Shown piece by piece: positions 1 through 12,455 of a stretch of 64,000 nt of DNA. The notes beneath the pieces are model-generated. The model did no database searches. It was not told the DNA's origin and saw only the letters and a program-made list of their open reading frames with translations. Origin of the DNA: Podarcis gaigeae (lineage: Eukaryota); the NCBI GenBank assembly GCA_964106915.2, contig OZ066919.1; one strand, 5' to 3'. Position 1 is the stretch's first letter. The number at the start of each line of letters is the position of its first letter. The position numbers and the translations under genes were made by a program.

Positions 1-1439
1 ACAGCAGCTGCATTACCCTTCCTTCTTGGGAGGAAGAGGTGGCTTAAGAATCCCTGTATATTAAGGAGCAACAAGCCATGACCCCAGGTTCACATTTCAT
101 GAAAAGCCAAACTGAACTGCAAATTCCTGCTTGGTTTCTCCTGCGTACACCAAATGAGCAGCAAAGTTAGAGCAACGTGGTCATGTCCATGAGCATGTTG
201 CTGGTGCACAATAAACCATGATAAGCCAGCAACGTAGGCCAGGGTGGAACCAATGTTGCTGGCTTTTCAGCCCTTGCTCATTTTGAAATATAGTCCCCAT
301 TTTTCATTATCAGTTTTCAGGCCTACCCTTCTGGTTGGGCTAAGACAGTTAGTGGGGCAGGGGTCTCCTGGAGGGAGGGGCACAGAAGGTACTGGATGCA
401 GTTCTTCAAAATGCCAGATTGGATATTCCCTTTCTGTATGTCTGAAGACATGGGAAATGTAGCCATGGTTCTCTGGGAATTAAGAGGAATAAACCTTGCT
501 GCCTTCATGATATGAAGCTCGGTGTGCAGGCACTTATACAGCTATTTTTCCGGCACCTAACAGTTTGTCATTAAATTCTGTCTCTCTGAAGAATTCATAA
601 TGAAAAAAGACAGGTAATTTAATCATGGAAAGTTCCCACAAAGAGTTTTTAACACCCTTTAATGAGAGCCTGCGGAGAGGAACTGGAAGGAGATGCCGAC
701 CCATCATAGCTTAGTTACAATGACAGTTGTGATGGTGAGTAAAATACTGAGAAGAAGCAGTACAATAGGCGAGTGGGGGCCTCTGTGTTGTGTCAGAGAC
801 TTGAATGGATCAGACACTATCACCAGGGGTGCTATGCTGCAACATATACATGGCACAATATGGTATTTTACTAATCTCTTAAGATAATGCGGAGCTTATG
901 CCTGCAGTCTACATTGTAGGAGCATTAGCGAGACAAATCTCCACCTTGCCTTTAAAGAACTCAAATTTCCAAATTGGAATGCATTCTGCTTGGTCACATG
1001 CAAATGTTTTGCTGGCCTTGAATGCTCTGAGCTGGTGCTAATATTTGGATTTGCAGATTATGCTGTTAGGCTCCTTTCAACCAGTATTTGCAAACACACA
1101 TCAGCATTGATTGAGAAAACAAGCTTCTTCCATCCCAGGAGACTCCTCAGCATCACAGCTGAGTCCTAGTGTAGGCTTCTTCTCCATCCTCTGTTTCATG
1201 AACTGTTCTGTGAGTTTCTACCTGCAGATATGCCTTTTTCTGTGGAATTTCTGAGATTCAACTGGTCACTTATTAATTAGCTCTAGCTCTTTCAGAATCT
1301 GCATGGCCCCAATAAATGATTAATGGAGACCTTTGGGGGAAAGGTTTTAAAACTGTAGTGCTATGAAAGTGAGTTAATGTAGACAAAAAGAGAAGGTACC
1401 TGTCCCAAGATGCCACTGTGCAACAGTTGTCCATCTGAA

Positions 1440-1556
1440 GCCGAAGTGGTCACACTGTGACCCTCCAGATGTTTTTGGACTCCGTGCCATCAGCTCCTGA
1501 AAGAATGTCTAGTGGGCAGGGATTATCAGAGTTGGAGTCCAGCAACATCTAATGCA
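1440..1556. mobile_element. Short degenerate hAT-like MITE (ggactacaactccc hairpin family)
   Basis: ccctccagatgtttttggactcc...gagttggagtccagcaacatct internal inverted repeat; related copies near 6150, 20555 and 27245. Confidence 0.5.
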
Positions 1557-3888
1557 TCTAAGGCCTCCTTCAAAATGTAAGAATGGTTTATGGCTCTAGA
1601 AAACCTAAATAATGCATAGCTTCCACACTGGCATTTTAAAAACTGCACATTCTAGTTTGGATCAATGGAAACCATGTAAATGCTTGCAATTGCTTCAGGA
1701 AGCATGCTTTGTTAACAAACATGTGAGGGGGACAGCAGGAATGAGCATGCTGGTTCTGCCACCTCTATTGCTGTTACAAGGTGTCACTCTAAAGCCATGG
1801 ATGTACCAGGTACATTTTAGAACCTTAATAATGCAGGGTTCTAAAATGCACGGGGAGCCTTCAAAGCTCTCTTCAGATTGTCACCTTCTGTGAGTTAGAT
1901 GGTGACCAATACAATGACAAAGGAGGGTGAAACTAGCATGTTAACCCTCTTTCTCTTCCTCATTTGTAACACCTAAGTTTTTTTATTTGATAGTCATAAG
2001 AAAATGCACAGGAATGTGCTTATTTTTTCCTCTACCATTTATTATGTACCTAGTGTTAAAGACAAGTGCCTTAATCCAACAGCAAGACTAGCTGACACAG
2101 CCAAAGTCATACAGAGAATTTGTGGCATAGGAGGGCATTGAACTGCCTCCCTAGCACCATACTCCACTCAGGGCATTTCTTCTGACCTGAATGAGATGAG
2201 GATATCCCATTTTATGAAGGATTTGTTGATTATCTGCTCATGGAAAGAAAAGGCAATGCGTCCTTGCCAGAAACTCCAACTCAGTCATGTCTCAGTGATC
2301 AAGAAATGCCACCATGCCAGGCCTAGAAACACATTGCCTACTGGCCTGCGAGGATTAATTAAATTACAATCAGACATTTTAATGGAAGGACTTTGGAGGC
2401 TGTTGTCTTGGCAACTGTTTTAAACAGCTGGTTTAATGATGGGTGGAGAAGGAGGTTGCTGGGAGAGCTGGGCTTGGGGACAGAGCAGCAATCTGCTTTC
2501 TTAAATGTGGCAGAGATGTTGAGCAGAGATGGGGCTTTTGAATTAGTTTTGTCTTGTCTTACCCATCATGCAACATGGCACACTTATTTTCCTTTTGGAG
2601 CTAAACCAACATTATAAATTATTATGGTTGTCATTTTTTGGGGGGAAAGGAAAGTGTTCTATAAATGTTCTGATTCTCTCCTCGGCCCTTCTCGACTTCT
2701 CTTCTACCTTTCCCAGAAGCTCAGCCATCGCTAACATTTTCTTTTCATGCTTCAAACATAGCTTGACAATTAGAAATTGAGTCACTGAACAGCAAGATGG
2801 GACAATGAGCGACAGCCAGGCAGGAGGCTGCAGCAGATGGCTCCTTTGTGACAAGCTCTCCCCCCTCGCAACAGCTCAGTCTCTGTCCCCATCCTCCTAG
2901 CATGGAATCTCATGCAAGTGCTTTGAAGCGCCCCTTCGCACACAGCGGTTTTCTGGCCAGCAAGTAACAGAATCTCTGTCAGTGAGTGCCACTGGCCCAT
3001 CAGGCGGCTTCATGGAGCCCTTGGTTCACATGGCTGGTCTAATCTCCCAGCCTGATGGTTGCCAATGTTTGCAGCTTGGTGTTATGTAGACACCATGTTG
3101 TAATCAAATGGCTACTCAAATATGCAAATCCTGGTAGGGAAAAGACAATGTAATTTGTTTGTTTATCCCTCCCCCCTCTCTCCCCAAAGGCCATAAATGA
3201 TTAACATTGGAAAAGAGACCCGGGTGTACTCAAAACAGTTCTGTTCCTGCTGTGTGCGTAGGGGTCTGTTATAATCCAAGCAGAGTTTTCTTGCAGCAGG
3301 AGGGATTTGTATAATGAAGCCTAAAATATCACCCACACCAACAGGCCAGGAGGCCTTCGTACAGAACAAGCCAAATACCCTTCTGCTTCATTTGTTTATC
3401 AGCCAAGGACTATATTTTCATTTATTGGAGTCGGCAAACATCAGGAGGTGACCCGTATTGGATAAAAATTTCAAACTTGTTTTTAGGTATTTCATTCTAG
3501 TTCCCAAAGTTGACAAATCCAAATGGCACTCCTCACAATGGTTTTAAAAAAGACATAATAAATGAAATAGCTCACAATTTGCTGCTTGTAACAACACCTC
3601 AAAATCTTCTGCACAAGCTGGGCAGCCTCACAGGGCTGAACTAAATCACATTTTCATTACTGATTTTAGGTAAATGCCTAGGTGTTGCTGGGTGGTAAAC
3701 CCATGTCAGGGTTGTACTGTTTCATACTTTATGTGGGGCTCACATGCTTGAATACTCCTTCATTTAACAACCCCCCCCAAAAAAAACCTTTAAGTGTTAG
3801 AGAGGAGACCTATGCTAGAATATTTTTCCCTGATGTTCTATTTTTGTGTGGATGAACATTCAATACTGTGATTCTGCTTAGTCCTACC

Positions 3889-4035
3889 TACTGGATAGCT
3901 CAGTTAGTTAGAGCATAGTGCTGATCCCGCCACGGTTGCAGGTTAGATCCCCGTAAGGGACAGCTGCATATTCCTGCATTGCAGGGGGCTGGCTTAGATG
4001 ATCCTCAACTTCCTTTCCAACTCTATTATTCTATG
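3889..4035 (+). mobile_element. tRNA-derived SINE with CR1-like 3' tail
   Basis: tRNA-like head with A box (tagctcagttagttagagc) and degenerate B box (ggttagatccc); tail ...cttagatgatcctc...ttccaactctattattctatg resembles a CR1 3' end; related copy at 49570. Confidence 0.75.
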
Positions 4036-4324
4036 GTCTGCCAACTAAAATAAAATATTGGGGGTGAGGGTGGCTTGTAAGCCCTGGCCCAAATAATTGC
4101 TCACAAGACACAGTGCACACACATGCCCATCAACTTGGGGAGGGGGGCAGCCCCCTCAAATATTCTATGGGGGGGACGACAAAGGAACTTAGGCCCCTAG
4201 GAGTTGGCTGCTATGCTGCCGATACCTATAGCCCAAGGTGGTGATAGCCCAGACACAGGTTTAGCTCTTCAATGAGAATCATTAAAACAATGGGATGTAG
4301 GCGTCTGCTAACTAAATTTGAAAA

Positions 4325-4505
4325 AACAAAAAAATTCCTTCCAGTAGCACCTTAAAGACCAACTAAGTTAGTTCTTGGTATGAGCTTTCGTGTGCATGCA
4401 CACAAAAGCTCATACCAAGAACTAACTTAGTTGGTCTTTAAGGTGCTACTGGAAGGATTTTTTTTGTTTTGACTATGGCAGACCAACACGGCTACCTATC
4501 TGTAA
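4325..4505 (+). mobile_element. Penelope-like element 3' end with inverted 5' duplication (fold-back) and hammerhead stem II/III remnant
   Basis: Near-perfect palindrome of about 70-75 bp per arm centred on gtgtgcatgcacac; flanked by direct repeat taactaaatttgaaaa (4309-4324 and 4503-4518); almost identical to 52710-52902. Confidence 0.85.
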
Positions 4506-5489
4506 CTAAATTTGAAAAGTCATTGTTCAAGTTTCTAACTATTACCAGCCCAAGCTGCAATTATATATGTAATTGCTAACTCAGACTGTGGGCTGCTATG
4601 CCACTCAGTGTACGCCATGTATAACTGATGGAAGGTTTTTGCTCTTATGTAATAAAATTATTGTTTTATTTACTTTTATGTTTTGATACTAGAATTTGGG
4701 GCTTTTGAAACACTTTATTGCTTTGGATAATGTTGCCTGTCACCTTGGAAGGCGATAGGCACAGACATGCATGGGTGGCAGTTAGGGTCCTCTTTCCAAT
4801 GCTTATAAGTGAGAAATTAATAGTTGGGGGGTTTCAGAAAAAGGGGGATAGGTAAAGGTGCACTAAAGTGTTGTTTTCAAATTTGGAGCAAATGTACAAA
4901 GGAATAATGGAAAATAACCTGGGAATCGGTGATTAGAGCCCCTACCTACATTGTCTACTTTTCCATCCTCTCACAGTGAAGGTACATTAAGGGTAGAAAG
5001 CCCTAGGCCTGGGCCCCAAATACAGTCTTCCAGGCCCCTCTATCCTCCCTGACAGCTATAGCTTCCAATCCAGGCCAGAATCTTGCCCAATACTCTCCAA
5101 TAACGGTAACTGAAAAAAGCAATACTTTAACTGTGGCTAACAAAGAGTTATTCCCCTCATAAGTGACTATCGTGACTTCAAATTGCATTCACTTATGTGG
5201 GGGGGGGGGGTGCAAGAAGGTTATGGCTGTTTTGGTTTCCCAGTGCAAGTGAATGGGAGAAACACAATTTGAATTCAGGTCTGAATCGATCTGGATCAGA
5301 TTGGTGTCCATTCTGAACTACTAAATCAGGTCCTGCATCAGATGAGAGGGGGTATTTGCAGAGGGAATAAAATACAAATAAAGTACTGATGGTAACAGTT
5401 GCCATTCTCTCTCACACAAAGTTGTATAAATAATACAAACATTCTGGCATTGTTAAGCCAATTAACACACATAGCGTGATAAAATTAAA

Positions 5490-5935
5490 TTTTGCTGATT
5501 CAGTCCACAAGTGAGAACCTCTTGATGAATTGTAATTCAGCAGTTTCACATTGTAGTTTTGCTTTGAAATTCCTTTGTTCCAGTGTGGAACTATTTGTTC
5601 CAGAGCGTTCTGAAAGGTTGAAATGTTCTCCCACTGTTTTTATTAATATTGCTTTTGCTGATATTAGATTTGTTTCTGTTTGTTATTTAGTGTAGCAACT
5701 GGTCTATTTCTCCTATGTTGAACACAGGAGGGCATTGTTGACAGGTATATAGGGTTATATAGAGATACAGATATACATATTTCACATTGGAAGATGAGCT
5801 GATGTTGTGTATGACATTATTCAGACCTGTAATAGTGTTGTCAGTGTAGACAAAGGGACAGAGTTGGCATCTGGGTATGCTGCAGGGTCTGGTTCCTGTA
5901 TTCGTACCTCTGTTATGTGGCCTGTTGCTCACAAA
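5490..5935 (-). mobile_element. Decayed Penelope-like retroelement, GIY-YIG endonuclease region
   Basis: Minus-strand ORF 5687-5932 has PCSIPRCQLCPFVYTDNTITG...CQQCP..FNIGE, matching the Cys-rich linker and YIG motif of reptile Penelope elements; further downstream EQRNFKAKLQCETAELQFI resembles the C-terminal GIY-YIG helix. Disrupted by indels. Confidence 0.85.
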
Positions 5936-6149
5936 TTAAATGAAGAACTGTGTTTGAATGTCTATATTCTGTTTCAAAGGAATGCATGATCAAACAATGC
6001 ATTCAGGTCAAGCCTGTGTTCTGCTGACATTTAGAAGTGACACACTTGCTTTTTTCACTTGGTGAAATTGTATGAAGAATCAACACATAGTGGGGTGGGA
6101 ATGAGCAAAATCATTCAGCTTCCATATATTCATTTATTATGTACACATA

Positions 6150-6282
6150 AAGCTGGGACGGGAAATCTGTGGCCCTCCAGATGCTTCTAAACTACAGTTC
6201 CCATCATCCCTGACCATTGGCCATGCTGGCTGGGACTAGCTGAATTCCAATACCTGCAAGAGCCAAAGGTTTCCCATCCCTG
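6150..6282. mobile_element. Short hAT-like MITE
   Basis: gggacgggaaatctgtggccctccagatg...actacagttcccatcatccctgaccattggccatgctggctggg...ggtttcccatccctg; degenerate CAGGG...CCCTG ends. Confidence 0.6.
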
Positions 6283-6681
6283 ACAAAGGGCTTGCATGCA
6301 TTCAAGTTGTATCTGCATAGACACAACTGGAACCTGAATAGTGGGGGACCCAGTCATGAAGAAAGCCTATAAGCATCCAAGTATTCATTTATGCTCTGTG
6401 CACACAAGGTCAATGGACTTGTGGAGATTGGAGCAGGGACTCTCCTCTGTTTTCCTTTCCATTCTGTGTGCAATTTAACCACTGAATACCTAAAATGCAT
6501 TCCAAATTTCGTTTGTGAATTCTTCACAGCACTCTTATAATATGCTTCCATTTGGATGTGCTGGGTATCAAACCAGCCATGTATTTACTTTCCATTGTAT
6601 AGCCACTTGGTTAGGATCTGCCTGTATTTCTCCCTCACATTTAATGACAGTGATTTAACCTGCAGTATGTCTTTATTCCAG

Positions 6682-6816
6682 ATCCGAGCAGATGGGCCTC
6701 CTCATGGTGGCATTCAATATGAAATGGTGCCAGTTTTCAAGGACGGGAGTCATATCCTTCGTGACATGGCCTTCTCCACAGATCATAATTACCTCTATGT
6801 CATGTCAGAAAGACAG
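6682..6816 (+). CDS. PLXNA2: Internal coding exon of plexin A2 (C-terminal part of the Sema domain), 135 bp, phase 0/0
   Basis: Translates [45 protein letters not shown], closely matching my recollection of mammalian PLXNA2 ([31 protein letters not shown]...YLYVMSERQ) and much less PLXNA1/A4. Acceptor ctttattccag ends at 6681; donor cag|gtaagc starts at 6817; 45 codons. Confidence 0.96.
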
Positions 6817-7648
6817 GTAAGCCTTGCTCTTTAAAACCACAGTAGGCTTTAAGCTTAGCCCCTCTGCAATGGGAAAGCCTTGCATATTCCAAAGGGCTCT
6901 TAACATTTGCTTCAGGTATGGATAGTGCCAAAGGTAGCTTTATTTTTATCTGAGTCTGGCCAGAGACAACTGTCAGTGCACCAGGGGAGGAGGAGTTTTC
7001 CTTCTCATCAGCACACTATAGTGTCTAAGAAATGGAAATTGGACAGTGCCACTATGAATGAAATATGGTTCGGGGATTTGGACTTCATTCTGCTATCAAA
7101 TCCCATCCCTAGCAGAAGCCACTTCCATTCATTCCTCTCCTTGTGTTTGGCAGTAGGCTACTTTTACATAGAATTGCCCTTTGTTGTTTTATTCTTCTAG
7201 ATTTCAAGGTTGTGTTTGTGTGTGCAAGAGGCTATGAAATCACAATATTGTGATTGGAGATAAAATGTGTGGCAGGTGCAGGATACAGTTTTGTTACGTG
7301 TGTCTTCTGTCCAGCCATATCCTGACCTTCCCTTTTTTAGTGTTAGAAAATATAGCAGTGGCAAGGATTCTGGATGGCACTTCTGAATGTTGTTAGTGTA
7401 ACATACAAAGCATGTTTAGATTGAAAGTATTTTGAGACTTTGGTACTTTTTCTTTAGAAATGTAGGAAATTCAGATACAGTTCCATGACCAAATGATCAG
7501 CTTAATAAGTTTTAATGATTCTCTGATCCACCTCTAAACCTTTAAGAACTCATTGGCCCTGGCCTTTAAAATGTCTAGATATAACCAATACATTCAATTT
7601 TTGCTTTAAATTTCACCCACATAATGCAGTTATACACCTGGTCTTAAA

Positions 7649-8036
7649 GGGACATGGGTGGCACTGTGGTCTAACCTACTGAGCCTCTTGGGCTTGCCGG
7701 TCGTAAGGTCAGCAGTTCGAAACCGAATGACAGGGTGAGCTCCCGTTGCTTTGTCCCAGCTCCTGCCAACCTAGCAGCTTGAAAGCATACCTGCATGAGT
7801 AGATAAATAGGTACTGCTATGGGGCAAAGGTAAACAATGTTTCTGTGCACTTTGGCATTTGTCAAGGTGTTCTGTGCACCAGAAGCAGTTTATTTATGCT
7901 GGCCACATGACCCGGAAAAAGCTGTCTGCGGACAAATACCGGCTCCCTTGGCCTGAAAGTGGAGATAAGCACTGCACCCCATAGTTGAATTTGACTGGAC
8001 TTAACCATCCAGGGGTCCTTTACCTTTAACTTACCT
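7649..8036 (+). mobile_element. Sauria SINE, full length
   Basis: gggacatgggtggcactgtggtct head, cagttcgaa B box, agataaataggtac core, (acctt)n-type tail; imperfect TSD acctggtcttaaa/acctggtattaga; homologous to 30438 and 63727. Confidence 0.92.
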
Positions 8037-9521
8037 ATACCTGGTATTAGAGCAATCCATACCCCAATTCCCCACTGATATGGCTTTGTGGGGCATCCAA
8101 CAGTGATCCAGCCAAATGTGCCTTCTACCCAGCAGCATGGTAGGTAGGTAGATGGGGGAGGTTGGCACAAGGAGAGCTGGGTGGAAGGACACCTCTGCTC
8201 ATTTCAAACCTACCTTCAGCCCAATGTAAGGAGGGTTTGGATTGCTCATTTAGTGCTACATCTGTGCTATCTTGGAATGGGCTGATGCGGGGAAAGAAAG
8301 TGTCTCTGAGTAGTTGCAAACAGGTTCTGTGATGGGGTTAGACTTTATCCATTCACTGCTCACTAGGTTGTTCAATAATTTTTCAATTCAGTTTGAAAGG
8401 TTCAGCCTAAGACTTTACCCAAACTGGAAATAATCACCATTTGATTGAAGACCGTGGCAACATGTGCATGAATTCTACTAGAACTAGACTGTATCAATAG
8501 ATGCAATCTAGATAGGAGATTTCTCTTAGTGTGATACCACTGTTATCTTCACGGGTTTTCCTCTTTCTTATGAACAAGCACAATTTATCTGTGTTGTCCT
8601 CCATGAGTGTCACTTATAATTTTCTCTACTTCATAGTGATCCCTCTGCAGTGAATTCACAATGTACATATCTCAGTTGCCCCAGGCTGTTTTGTCAGTAC
8701 TTCTCATTTATCACATTTACCCTATAGCCATTGTGAATAGATGTGGGTGGTGATCCACACAACACTTCAGCTGGTGAGCATGCACTAAAGACAGCACAAT
8801 TCCACTTGGATGGTATTTAATGTGAGCATGCAATTGTATGAAATTGATGGTTTGCTCTGAACTTTCTTGATGTTCAAAACTCATTTCACTAGAGAGGAAA
8901 CAGGAGAGTGACAAACTCCCTCTAAACCAAATTTTAAACAGTGAGCCGGTAGCTGAGTCACTGCTTCCCGGGTTGTGTCAGCTGTTCGATTCCCTGATAT
9001 TTACTGTCTTCATGGTCCTTGCTCTGAACCTGTTTATGAGTGTGATAAACTGTGCTTCTGAAAAAAGGAACCAGATTGTACCCGGCAACACCAAAATGAT
9101 TATGATGGAAATTTATTGCCTTTGCAGTCCACTAGAGTCTGTTGCTTAAAGGAGCCAACACCATGTAAATAATCCAGAACCTCGACTGTAACAGATCAAC
9201 TGCATTCCACTCCTGTCGGGGATGAGAAAATGCAAGAGGTCCCAGCCATGAAGCCCTGCTCTTGGGTTCATTGATTCAGTTAAGCATTTTAGTGGCTATC
9301 ATTCATGGCTCTGTAATGATGAATAATTTGTCTAGTGCTGTGTGTATGGCAGTAGATGAGGGTATCATCTCAAGGAGTCTGGTTTGTACTACATTTTTAT
9401 TTGTAAAATTTAACTCTTTGGAAATGGATATTCAGAAGGCAGTATAATGGACTTGATTTTCCAATTTTTGAATTTTCTACATTAGCGCATATTGAATAAA
9501 AAAAAGACTCATAGGGTTGTA

Positions 9522-9764
9522 CAGTGGTACCTCGCAAGACGAATGCCTTGTAAGACGAAAAACTCGCAAGACGAAAGTGTTTTCCATTTTTTGAGTTGCT
9601 TCGCAAGACGAATTTCCCTATGGGCTTGCTTTGCAAGACATCTTACAAGTTTGTTTCGTGCTTTTTTTTCTTTTCTTTTTTGAATCCGTGCTTTGCAAGA
9701 TGAAAAATTCGCAAGACGAAAAAACTCACAGAACGAATTAATTTCGTCTTGCGAGGTACCACTG
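9522..9764. mobile_element. Tc1/mariner (Tigger/pogo-like) MITE, 243 bp
   Basis: Perfect 22-bp TIR cagtggtacctcgcaagacgaa / ttcgtcttgcgaggtaccactg with TA on both sides; internal repeats of gcaagacgaa. Confidence 0.92.
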
Positions 9765-9876
9765 TATTCAATGTAGTTCTACTCAAAGTAGACCCCTTGG
9801 GCTATATTCAAATGACCGATAGTCCATAGCTAGCAGTAGGTTGGCATTTATGCATCATCAAAAGGCACAGAAGAAC

Positions 9877-10272
9877 AGACATGGACTGGCAGGGCTCCAA
9901 AAAGTGTGGGGTGGAGGCAGGGGGTCAGGAGTGTGACCCAGGAGTGGGAGCTAATGATTTATGGGACTTAGTGCTGCCTGCATGGCAGGAGCCAAATCAG
10001 GGCAGTTTGAGATGGAAGAAGGTGTGCAGGATGTCACGGAGGAAGAAGAAACTATTCAGACAAGGGAAGGGCCAGTCCACTCTTTACTTTCTCCAACCCC
10101 GCTGTCTTCTAGGACCAGGAGGGGCTTGAAAAGGGAAGAGCAGCAACAACTTCCATGCAGGCAAAGTCTCAGGTTGCAGTCATGCAACCCCTCAGAAGAG
10201 GGTATATAAGTGGAGGAGGGGAGGGGCCCCACTGTTGCTGTAACCTGTGGACAGCTGCCTAGAGGTTAGAAA

Positions 10273-10312
<40 letters not shown>

Positions 10313-10393
10313 CCGGAGCACCATGGGAGCTGCTTCTCTTGTCAATAAAGAGTTAACTATCAACTTCTTTAGCAGGGGCAGCGGTCTGTGACA
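9877..10393 (+). mobile_element. Probable solo LTR, degenerate
   Basis: Starts agacatggactgg (decayed tgtcatg) and ends tgtgaca; purine-rich U3, tatataa 10203-10209, aataaa 10344-10349; flanks agaac/ggaac resemble a TSD; architecture similar to 31860-32530. Confidence 0.6.
10274..10310. repeat. (TG)n microsatellite
   Basis: Uninterrupted TG run inside the LTR-like element. Confidence 0.97.
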
Positions 10394-10885
10394 GGAACAC
10401 AGAACTGCTTTAGATTTGCATGAGTTAATGTGTACAGATGTAAATTTGGAAATCATTATTTAAATAGAAACATGTTGCATCTCTGCATTGTGGGGAAGAC
10501 TGTGGCCAGGTGATCTGCACTGCCCAGGTGCTGACTCTTGAAGTGCAACATGCCCTCTCACCTTATGGTTCTTTATCTGTAAACAAGACATGGACTGAAC
10601 AACCCTTCAAATGAGATGACTGTCCTCTGACAGGCCTACAAACAGAAGACTGTCCTCTGAAAAGTCGGACACATGGCCATCAGAGATGATAATCCTGCTG
10701 TGTGATTATTAAGTGAAAAGAGTTAGCCACCCCTGCCTTGGAGCTATAAACACAGAGTACAGTGTACCCCAGACAGCTTCGTGAATCATCATCTTCTTAC
10801 AACTCATATTACAGATGGTTGTGCTCTAAGCCCTTTACCAACATCTTTCTTGCTTCTCCCCCCTTCTTGTTTGTTTAACATCCAG

Positions 10886-10990
10886 CTGTAGGAAGAGTTC
10901 AGTGAATCACAAAAGCTAGCTCAGCACTTCATGACCTTCAGTTGCTCCTAATAAATGTATTATGATACTGCATCTTAGATTTTTTTCCTC
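10886..10990 (+). mobile_element. Possible old Penelope-like 3' end with decayed hammerhead motif
   Basis: ctgtaggaagagttc-agt-gaatcacaaaagct followed by gttgctcctaataaatgtatta; resembles the CTGANGAA-stem-GAAAGCT...gttggtc pattern but the core is broken. Confidence 0.35.
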
Positions 10991-11950
10991 CTTCTTCTAA
11001 TGGATCAACATGACTTCTTCTATTCTATTTTTTGTCAAAGCAGCAAATGGAGGTGGGCCCAGCTGTGAGGTGCAAGAGTTGTGCTTCCTCAACTATAATG
11101 TCCCATTGTAAATTTAAACTGGCTGATCATTTTTGTAAGAATGCCTTATCTCTAGCTTGGCAGGAAGAATTCAAAGAAACTGAACCACACACAAAGTTTC
11201 CCAATAGAGATGGAGCAGGGATGCCTTCAACTCATCTGTTATGGGGTGAGAGGGCCTAAATATTCATCAGAGCTGCTAATTCTCTTAATTGTGAATTGGG
11301 GGGAGTTACTAAATAATGAAAAATACCTAAAGTGCAATTCCATTAAGAACTGTGTTTTACTCAATGGTGAAGTGTTTTACATGTCTCCTTTGTTGTTAAC
11401 CTGTTCGTGATTGTTTCTGTACCACTGTTCCCAGTTAAGAGAAGAGACTCTTCTCACAGAGATCTTAAGAAAGTGAAACATTTTTTGTGCAGAGTGCTTT
11501 TTAATGACTAGCAGGAAAAAAAGCATAGGTTATTTCATTGGGGACAAAAATAGAGGAAAGTAAAAAAAAGACCACCAAATTCAATCTGCAAAAGCAGCTG
11601 GAATCAAATATGAAATTTTGAAGAGACTTTGAAACTTCACTAGTGTCTGCAAAAAGAGAAGCAAAGAAAGCTGAATAAACTTCTTCTGCCTTCACAAGTT
11701 TTGTCAGGGAGATATCCTAGTACTTCACTGGCTTTGAAATTCTGTCCATGCAGTGATGTAAGGGAGAAAAGTGTGGTCCATGTCTTTCTTTCCTATGATT
11801 TCTATTCTGCCATTTGCAATCAAAGACCCTCCCTCTGTTTTTGGCCTATTCACCATATTAAGTTATTTATTAGCAGATTATATTCCTTGACTTTCTTTGG
11901 TGGTATGCATGTGTGTATCCGCAAAACTAGTAGAGCAGACTAGGAATCAG

Positions 11951-12455
11951 TTCTTTTATTAGGAGTAACTTTTCCTAAGAAACAAGATGCTTTTCTCTTA
12001 GGTATTAAAGGTCCAAAGATCCTGAAGGACCAGATTAAACTATTTATGTATGTGACCACGGCTGCACAGATTCTGTTAGCCAGAAATGGAAAGATGCTAC
12101 AACTCTGACCAAGGAAGAGTGGCAGATAAAATTGATGAACTATGCTGAGATGGCAAAACTTACAGGAAGAGTTAGAAACCAGGAAGAGGTAGACTTTAAT
12201 AACGAATGGGGAAAGTTTACAATCTATTTGAAAAACTATTGTAAACAATTACATACATTGGTAGGATTGACAGAAACGTGTAGCAAAAAATTGAACTATG
12301 GAATGATAAATGATTTATGAGAATAGAGTTATGAAAGAGATGCAGAGGGGGAAATAATTATATTAAGATCCACAATGTGGGGGAGTGAAGTCAAAGGGGA
12401 TTTTATGTTTATATTTTCATTTTGCTTGTATATGTAAAATAGAAAATTCAAAAAA
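11951..12455 (+). mobile_element. 5'-truncated L1-clade LINE (end of ORF2, 3' UTR, A tail)
   Basis: Reads TFPKKQDAFLLGI...LFMYVTTAAQILLA and EEWQIKLMNYAEMAKLT, typical of non-mammalian L1 ORF2 C-termini; A run; 9-bp TSD aggaatcag at 11942-11950 and 12456-12464. Confidence 0.85.

Larger units (their letters stand above)
1..6681 (+). other. 3' part of the upstream PLXNA2 intron
   Basis: Ends in a pyrimidine tract plus AG at 6680-6681; the preceding exon was not recognised in 1-6681. Confidence 0.8.

Noticed and set aside
3889-3965. Functional tRNA gene
   Set aside because: Degenerate T arm and anticodon arm, and it continues into a SINE body shared with 49570-49708.
4325-4475. microRNA precursor
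   Set aside because: The hairpin is fully explained by an inverted duplication of a retroelement end with a TSD; no expression evidence.
6556-6834. 92-aa ORF as a complete gene
   Set aside because: Only 6682-6816 is plexin-like and bounded by splice sites; the rest is intronic read-through.
9522-9764. CRISPR-like array of gcaagacgaa repeats
   Set aside because: Eukaryotic context, 10-bp motifs at irregular spacing, enclosed by TIRs and a TA duplication: internal MITE motifs.
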